Source: the human T2T-CHM13v2.0 reference genome, Homo sapiens
Assembly: GCF_009914755.1 (NCBI RefSeq)
Contig: NC_060937.1
Length of the DNA: 64,000 bases
Reading direction: 5' to 3' (one strand)
Shown here: one piece after another, positions 57,201-64,000 of the stretch
Position numbering within the stretch: position 1 is the first letter of the stretch
Layout of the letters: each line of letters opens with the position of its first letter
Program-made: the position numbers and the translations under genes
Notes under the pieces: generated by a model
Told to the model about the DNA's origin: nothing
Database searches by the model: none
The model's input: only the letters and a program-made list of their open reading frames with translations

Positions 57201-60200
57201 AAATCTTCTGTCCATTTTTTATGTGAAGATATTTCCTTTTTCACCATAGCACTACAAGTCGTGACAAGTATCCCTTGCAGATTCTATAAAAACACTGTTT
57301 CCAGACTGCTCAATCAAAAGAATGGTTCAACTCTGTGAGATGATTGCACACATCACAAAGAAGCCACTAAGAAAGCTTCTGTCTAGTTTTTATGTGAAGA
57401 TATTTCCTTTTTCACCATAGGCCTCAAAGCACTCACAAATATCCCTTTGCAGATTCTACAAGAACAGTTTCCTAACTGATCACAGAAAATAAATGTTTAC
57501 CTCTCTGAGATCAATGCACACACCACAAAGCTGTTTCTAAGAAACCTTCTTTATACCTTTTATATGAATATATTTCCTTTTTCACCATTGGCCTCAAAGC
57601 TCTCATAAATATCCCTTTGCAGATTCCACAAACAGACGGTTTCCATACTGCTCAATCAAAAGTAAGTTTCAACTTTGTGAGATGAATGCCCACATCACAA
57701 AGAGGTTTCTCAGAAAGCCTCTCTCTAATTTTTATGTGAAGATATTTCCTTTTTCACCATAGGCCTCAAAGCACTCACAATTATCCCTTTGCAGAATCTA
57801 CAAGAACAGTTTCCAGACAGATCAGAGAAAAGAAACGTTTACTTCTGTGAGATGAATGCATAAATCATAAAGCTGTTTCTGAGAAACCTTGTTTATACTT
57901 TTTATGTGAATACATTTCCTTTTTAACCATAGGCCTCAAAGCACTCATAAATATCCCTTTGCAGATTCTACAAAAAGAGTGTTTCCAAACTGTTCAATCA
58001 AAAGAATGGTTGAACTCTACGAGATGAATGCACACATCACAAAGAAGTTTCTCGGAAAGTTTCTGTCTAGTTTTTATGTGAAGATATTTCCTATTTCATC
58101 ATAGGCCTCATACCACTCAAAAATATGCCCTTACAGATTCTACAAAAATACTGTTTCCAAATTGCTCAATCCAAAGAAAGTTTCAAATCTGTGAGATGAA
58201 TGCACACATCACAAGGAGGTTTCTCAGAAAGCTTCTCTCTAGTTTTCATGTGAAAATATTTCGTTTTCACCATAGGCTTCAAAGCATCACAAATATCCAT
58301 TTGCAGATTCTACCAAAATACTGTTTACAAACTGCCCAATGAAAAGTATGTTTCAACTCTGTGAGATGAATTCTCGCATCTCCAAGATGTTTCACAGAAA
58401 GCTTCCGTCTAGTTTTTATGTGAAGATAATTCCTTTTTCACCATAGGCCTCAAAGTGCTGACAAATATCCCTTTGCAGATTTTACAAGAACAGAATTTCC
58501 AATCTGTTCATTGAAAAGAAATGGTTACTTCTGTGAGATGAAAGCAAACATCACAAGGCAGTTTCTCAGAAATATTCTGTCTAGTTTTTATTTAAAAATA
58601 ATTCCTTTTCCAACATAGGACACAAAACACTAACTAATAACCCTTTGGAAATTCTACCAAATACTGCTTCCAAAATGCTCATCAAAAGAAAGGTTCACCT
58701 CTGTGGGATAAATGCAAACATCAAAAAGATGATTCTCAGAAAGCTTCTATCTTGTTTTTATGTGAAAGTGTTTCCTTTTTCACCATGGGCCTCAAAGTGC
58801 TCAAAAATATCCCTTTGCAGATCCTAAAAAAAGACTGTTTCCAAACCGGTGAGTCAAAGGAATGGTTCAACTCTGTGAGATGAATGCACACATCATAAAG
58901 AAGTTTCTCTCAAACCTTCTTTATAGTTTTTATGTGAAGATATTTCCTTTTAACCATAGACCTCAAAGTGCTCACAAATATCCCTTTGCAGATTCTACAA
59001 AAAGGTGGTTTCCCAACTGCTCCATCAAAAGAATTGTTGAACTCTGTGAGATGAATGCATACATCACAAAGCAGTTTCTCAGAAATCTTTAGTCTAGTTT
59101 TTTTGTGAAGATAATTTCTCTTTCACCATAGGCCTCAAAGTGATCAGAAATATCCCTTTACAGATTCTACAAAAAGACGTTTCTAAACTGCTTAATCAAA
59201 AGAAAGTTTCATTTCTGTGAGATGAATGCACATATCACCAAGAAGTTTCTCACTAGGCTTCTGTCTAGTTTTTATGTGAAGACAATATCTTTTTCACAAT
59301 AGGGCTCTAGGCACTCAAAAATGTCCCTTAGCAGATCCTACAAGAACAGAGTTTCCCAACTGATCAAAGAAAAGAATTGTTTACCTCTGTGAGATGAATG
59401 CAGACATCAAAAAACAGTTTCTCAGAAACCTTCTTTATAGTTTTCTGTGAAGATACTTCTTTTCCTGCATAGGCCTCAAAGTGCTCACAAATATCCGTTT
59501 GCAGATTCTTCAAAAAGACTGTTTCCAAAGGGCTAAATTAAAAGAGACATTCAAATCTGTGAGATGAATGCACATATCACAAAGAAGTATCTTGGAAACT
59601 TTCTGCATACTTTGAATGTGAAGATATTTCCTTTGTCACAATAGGCCTCAAAGTGCTCAAAAATACCCCCTTTGAGATTGTACAAGAACACAGTTTCCAG
59701 ACTGATAGGAGAAAAGAAACACTTACCTCTGTGAGATGAATGCACACATCACAAGGTTGTTTTTAGAAAACCTGCTTTATAGTTCTTATGTGAAGATATG
59801 TCCTTTTCCACCATAGGATTCACCGCGCTCCAAATATCCAATGGCAGACTCTACAAAAAGAGTGTTTCCAAACTGCTCAACAAAAAGTAAGTTCATCTCT
59901 GTGAGATGAATGCACACAACACAAAGAAGTTTCTCAGAATGCTTCTGTCTAGTTTTCATTGCAGATATTTCCTTTTCCACCATAGGCATCAAAGCACTCT
60001 AAATATCCACTTGCAGATTCTACAAAAAGAGTGTTTCAAAACTGCTCAATCAAAAGAAAGTTTCAACTCTGTGAGCTGAAAGCACACATCACAAAGAAGT
60101 TTCTCAAAATGATTCCCTGTAGTTTTCATGTGAAGATATTTCCTTTTCCACAAGAGGCCGCAAAGCGATCCAAATATCCAATTGCAGATTCTACAAAAAG

Positions 60201-63200
60201 TGTGTTTCAAAACTGCCCAATCAGAATAAAGTTTGAACTCTGTGAGTAGAATACACGCATCACAAAGAACTTTCTCAGAATGCTTCTGGCTAGTTTTTAA
60301 GGGAAGATATATTCTTTTGCACTGTATGTCTCAAAGAGATCCAAATATCCACTTGCAGATTCTACAAAAAGAGTGTTTCAAAACTGCTCAATGAAAAGAA
60401 TGGTTCAACTCTGTGAGATGAATGCACACATCACAAAGAAGTTTCTCTGAATGCTTCTGTCTAGTTTTTATGTGCAGATATTTCCTTTTCCACTATAGGC
60501 CTCAAAGCTGTCCAAATACAAATTTGAAGATGGTACGAAAAGAATGTATCCAAACTGCTCAATAAAAAGACATGTTCAACTCGGTGAGTTGAATGCACAC
60601 ATCACAGAAAAGTTTCTCAGAATGCTTCTGTCTAGTTTTTATGTGAAGATATTTCCTTTTCCACCATAGGCCTCAAAGCGCTCTAAATATCCAACTGCTG
60701 ATTCTACGAAAAGAGTGCTTCAAAACTGCTCAATCAAAAGAAATGTTCAACTCTGTGAGTTGAATGTACACATCACAAAGAAGTATCTTAGAATGATTCT
60801 GTCTAGTTCTTATGTGAAGATATTTCCTTTTCTATCATGGCTTCAAAGTGCTCCACATATCCACTTGCAGACTCTACAAAAAGAGTGTTTCAAAACTGCT
60901 CAATCAAAAGAAAGGTTCAACTCTGTGAGATGAATGCACACATCATGAAGAAATTTCTCAGAATGCTTCTGTCTAGATTTTATGTGAAGATATTTCCTTT
61001 TCCACCAGAGGCCATACAGCGCTCCAAATATTCACTTGCAGATTCTACAGAAAGAGTGTTTCAGAACTGCTCAATCAAAAGAAAGGTTCAACTCTGTGAG
61101 TTGAATGCACACAACACAAAGAACTTTGTCAGAATGCTTCTCTGTAGTTTTTACGTGAAGATGTTTGCTTTTCCACCATAAGCATCAAAGCGGTCCAAAT
61201 ATCCACTTGCACACTCTATAAAAAGAGTGTTTCAAAACTGCTCAATCAAAAGAAAGTTTCAGCTCAGTGAGATGAAGGCACACATCACAAAGAAGTTTCT
61301 CAGTATACTTCTGTCTAGTCTTTATGTGAAGACATTTCCTTTTTCACAATAGGCCTCAAAGAGGTCCAAATATCCACTTGCAGATTCTACACAAAGAGTG
61401 TTTCAAAACTGTTAAGTCAAAAGAATGGATCAAGACAGTGATATGAATGCACACACCACAAAGAAGTTTTTCAGAATGCTTCTCTCTAGTTTTTAGGTGA
61501 AGATATTTCCTTTTACACCATAGACCTCAAACCGCTCCAGGCATCCCTTTACAGATACTACAAAAAGAGTGTTTCAAAACTGCTCAATCAAAAGAAAGAT
61601 TCAACTCTGTGAGATGAATGCACACATCAAGAAGAAGTTTCTCAGAATGCTTCCAACAAATATTTATGTGAAGATATTTCCTTTTCCACTATCGACCTCA
61701 AAGTGCTCCCAGTATCCACTTGCAGATTCTACAAAAAGAGTGTTTCCAAACTGCTCAATCAAAAGAAAGCTTCAACTCTGAGAGATGAATGCACACATCA
61801 CAAAGAAATGTCTCAGAATGCTTCTGTCTAGTTTTTATGTGAAGATATTGCCTTTTTCATTTAAGGCCACATAGCGCTCCAAATACCCAATTGCAGGTTC
61901 TACAAAAGGAGTTTTTCAAAACTGCTCTATCAAAAGAAGGGTTACATTCTGTGAGTTGAATGCACACGTCACAAAGAAGTTTCTCAGAATGCTTCTGTCT
62001 ACGATTTATGTGAAGATATTTCCTTTTCCACTATAGGCCTCAAAGCGCTCCAAATATCCACTGGCAGATTCTACAAAAAGAGTGTTTCAAAACTGCTCAA
62101 TCAAAAGAAAGGTTGAACACTGTGAGTTGAATGCACACATCACAAATAAGTTTCTCAGAATGCTTCTCTGTAGTTTTTATGTGAAGATATTTCCTTTTCC
62201 ACCATAGGCCTCAAAGTGCTCCCAATATCCATTTGCAGATTCTACAAAAAGAGTGTTTCCAAACTGCTCAACCAAAAGAACGGTTCAACTCTGTGAGATG
62301 AAACCACATATCATAAAGAAGTTTCTCAGAAATTTTCTGTCTAGTTTTTTTGTGAGAATATTTCCTATTTCATCCATAGGCATCAATGGTCTGAGAAATA
62401 TCCCTTCACAGATTCTACATAAGGACTGTTTCCAAACTGCTGAATCGAAAGAAATGTTCAACTCTTTGTGATGAATGTGCACATCACAAAGAAGTTTCTC
62501 AGAATGATTCTATCTAGTTTTTATGTGAAGATATTTCATTTTCCACTATAGGCCACAAAGGACTCCAAATATCCACTTGCAGATTCCCCATAAAGAGTGT
62601 TTCCAAACTGCTCAATCAAAGGAAATTTACAACTCTGTGAGATGAAAGAACACATCATAAAGAAGTTTCTCAGAAAGCTCCTGTCTAGTTTTTATGTGAA
62701 GATATTTTATGTTTCACCATAGTCCAGAAGGTGCTCAAAAATAGCCCTTTGCAGATTCTACACAAAGACTGTTTCCAAACTTCTGAACCAAAATAAAGGT
62801 TCAACTCTGTGAGATGAAAGCACATATCTCAAAGAAGTTTCTCAGAAACGTTCTCTCTGGTTTTTATGAGAAGTTATTTCCTATTTCACCATAGGCCTCA
62901 ATGGGCTGAGAAATATCCCTTTACAGATACTGCAAAAGGACTATTTCCAAACTGCTCAATCCAAAGAAAGTTTCACCTCTTTGAGTTGAATGCATACATC
63001 ACAAAGAAGTTTCTCAGAATGCTTCTGCCTAGTTTTTATGTGAAGATATTTCCTTTTTCACCATAGGCCTTAAACTGCTCTCAGATATCCCTCTGCAGAT
63101 ACTACAAAAAGACTGTCTCCAAACTGCTCCATCAAAAGTAAAGTTCAACTCTCTGAGATGAAAGGATACCTCTCAAAGAAGTTTCTCAGAATACTTTTGT

Positions 63201-64000
63201 CTAGTTTTTATGTGAAGATATTTCTTTTTTGATATAGGCCTCCAACTTCTCAGAAATATCCCATTCCAGATTGTACAAAAAGATTGTTTCCAAACTGCTC
63301 AATGAAAAGAAACGTTCAACTCTGTGAGATGTATGCATGCATCAAAAAGAAGTTTCTCAGAAAGCTTCTGTTTATATTTCATGTGAAGGTATTTCCTTTT
63401 TCACCATAAGCCTCAAAACACTCCAAATATCCATTTGCAGATTCTACAAAAAGACTGTTTCCAAACTGATCAATCAAAAGAAAGTTTCAAATCTGTGACA
63501 TGAAAGCACACATCACTAAGAAGTTTATCAGAAAGCTTCTGTCTAGTTTTTATGTGAAGATATGTCCTTTTTCACCATAGGCATCAATGGGAACAGAAAT
63601 ATCCCTTTGCAGATCCTACAAAAAGACTGTTTCCAAACTGCTCAATCAAAGGAATGGTTCAACTCTGTGAGATGAAACCACATATCACAAAGAAGTTTCT
63701 CAGAAATCCTCTGTCTAGTTTTTATGTGAAGATATTTCCTATTTCATCCATAGGCCTCAATGGGCTCAGAAATATACCTTCACAGATTCTACAAAACGAC
63801 AGTTTCCAAACTGCTCAATCCAAAGACAGCTTCAACTCTTTGAGATGAATGCACACAATACAAAGAAGTTTCTTAGAATGCTTCTACCTAGTTTTTATGT
63901 GAAGATATTTCCTTTTTCACCACAGGCCTTAAACTGCTCTCACATATCCCTCTTCAGATACTACAAAAAGATTGTTTCCAGACTGCTCCATCAAAAGAAA
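54238..64000 (-). repeat. Monomeric alpha satellite, reverse orientation; runs off the right edge of the window
   Basis: ~171-bp units reading aaactgctcaatcaaaagaaaggttcaactctgtgagatgaatgcacacatcacaaagaagtttctcagaa...tagtttttatgtgaagatatttcctttttcaccataggcctc, the reverse complement of the alphoid consensus. Confidence 0.97.
59790..62250 (-). repeat. Distinct alpha satellite layer with more consensus-like monomers (SF4/M1-like, tentative)
   Basis: Monomers switch to aaatatccacttgcag / aaaagagtgtttcaaaac / tccttttcc / agaatgcttc, versus aaatatccctttgcag / aaaagactgtttccaaac on both flanks. Confidence 0.7.

Overview
This is a primate (human or great-ape) pericentromeric satellite junction, not a microbial accessory region. 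No intact protein-coding or RNA gene is visible. Bases 1-37658 are a diverged CATTC/CACTC pentamer satellite (HSat3/satellite III type). It is interrupted by 29 near-complete copies and 1 remnant of a 63-64 bp cassette derived from the 3' end of an antisense Alu (AluJ-like). Bases 37656-64000 are divergent monomeric 171-bp alpha satellite with no intact CENP-B box seen. The alpha satellite is forward until about 54238, then reversed, and contains several sequence layers and small multi-monomer duplications. Three truncated L1PA elements sit in the alpha satellite: two have apparent short 3' transductions, and one is 5'-inverted (twin-primed) with about 1.7 kb missing. The many long HSIPF/MEWNG ORFs are artefacts of a stop-poor pentamer. 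The most striking structure is the Alu-cassette-punctuated satellite, whose cassette core is the exact reverse complement of a common satellite variant. I recall a ~64-bp Alu-like HSat3-associated sequence having been described, so the cassette itself is probably not new. All coordinates were read by eye.
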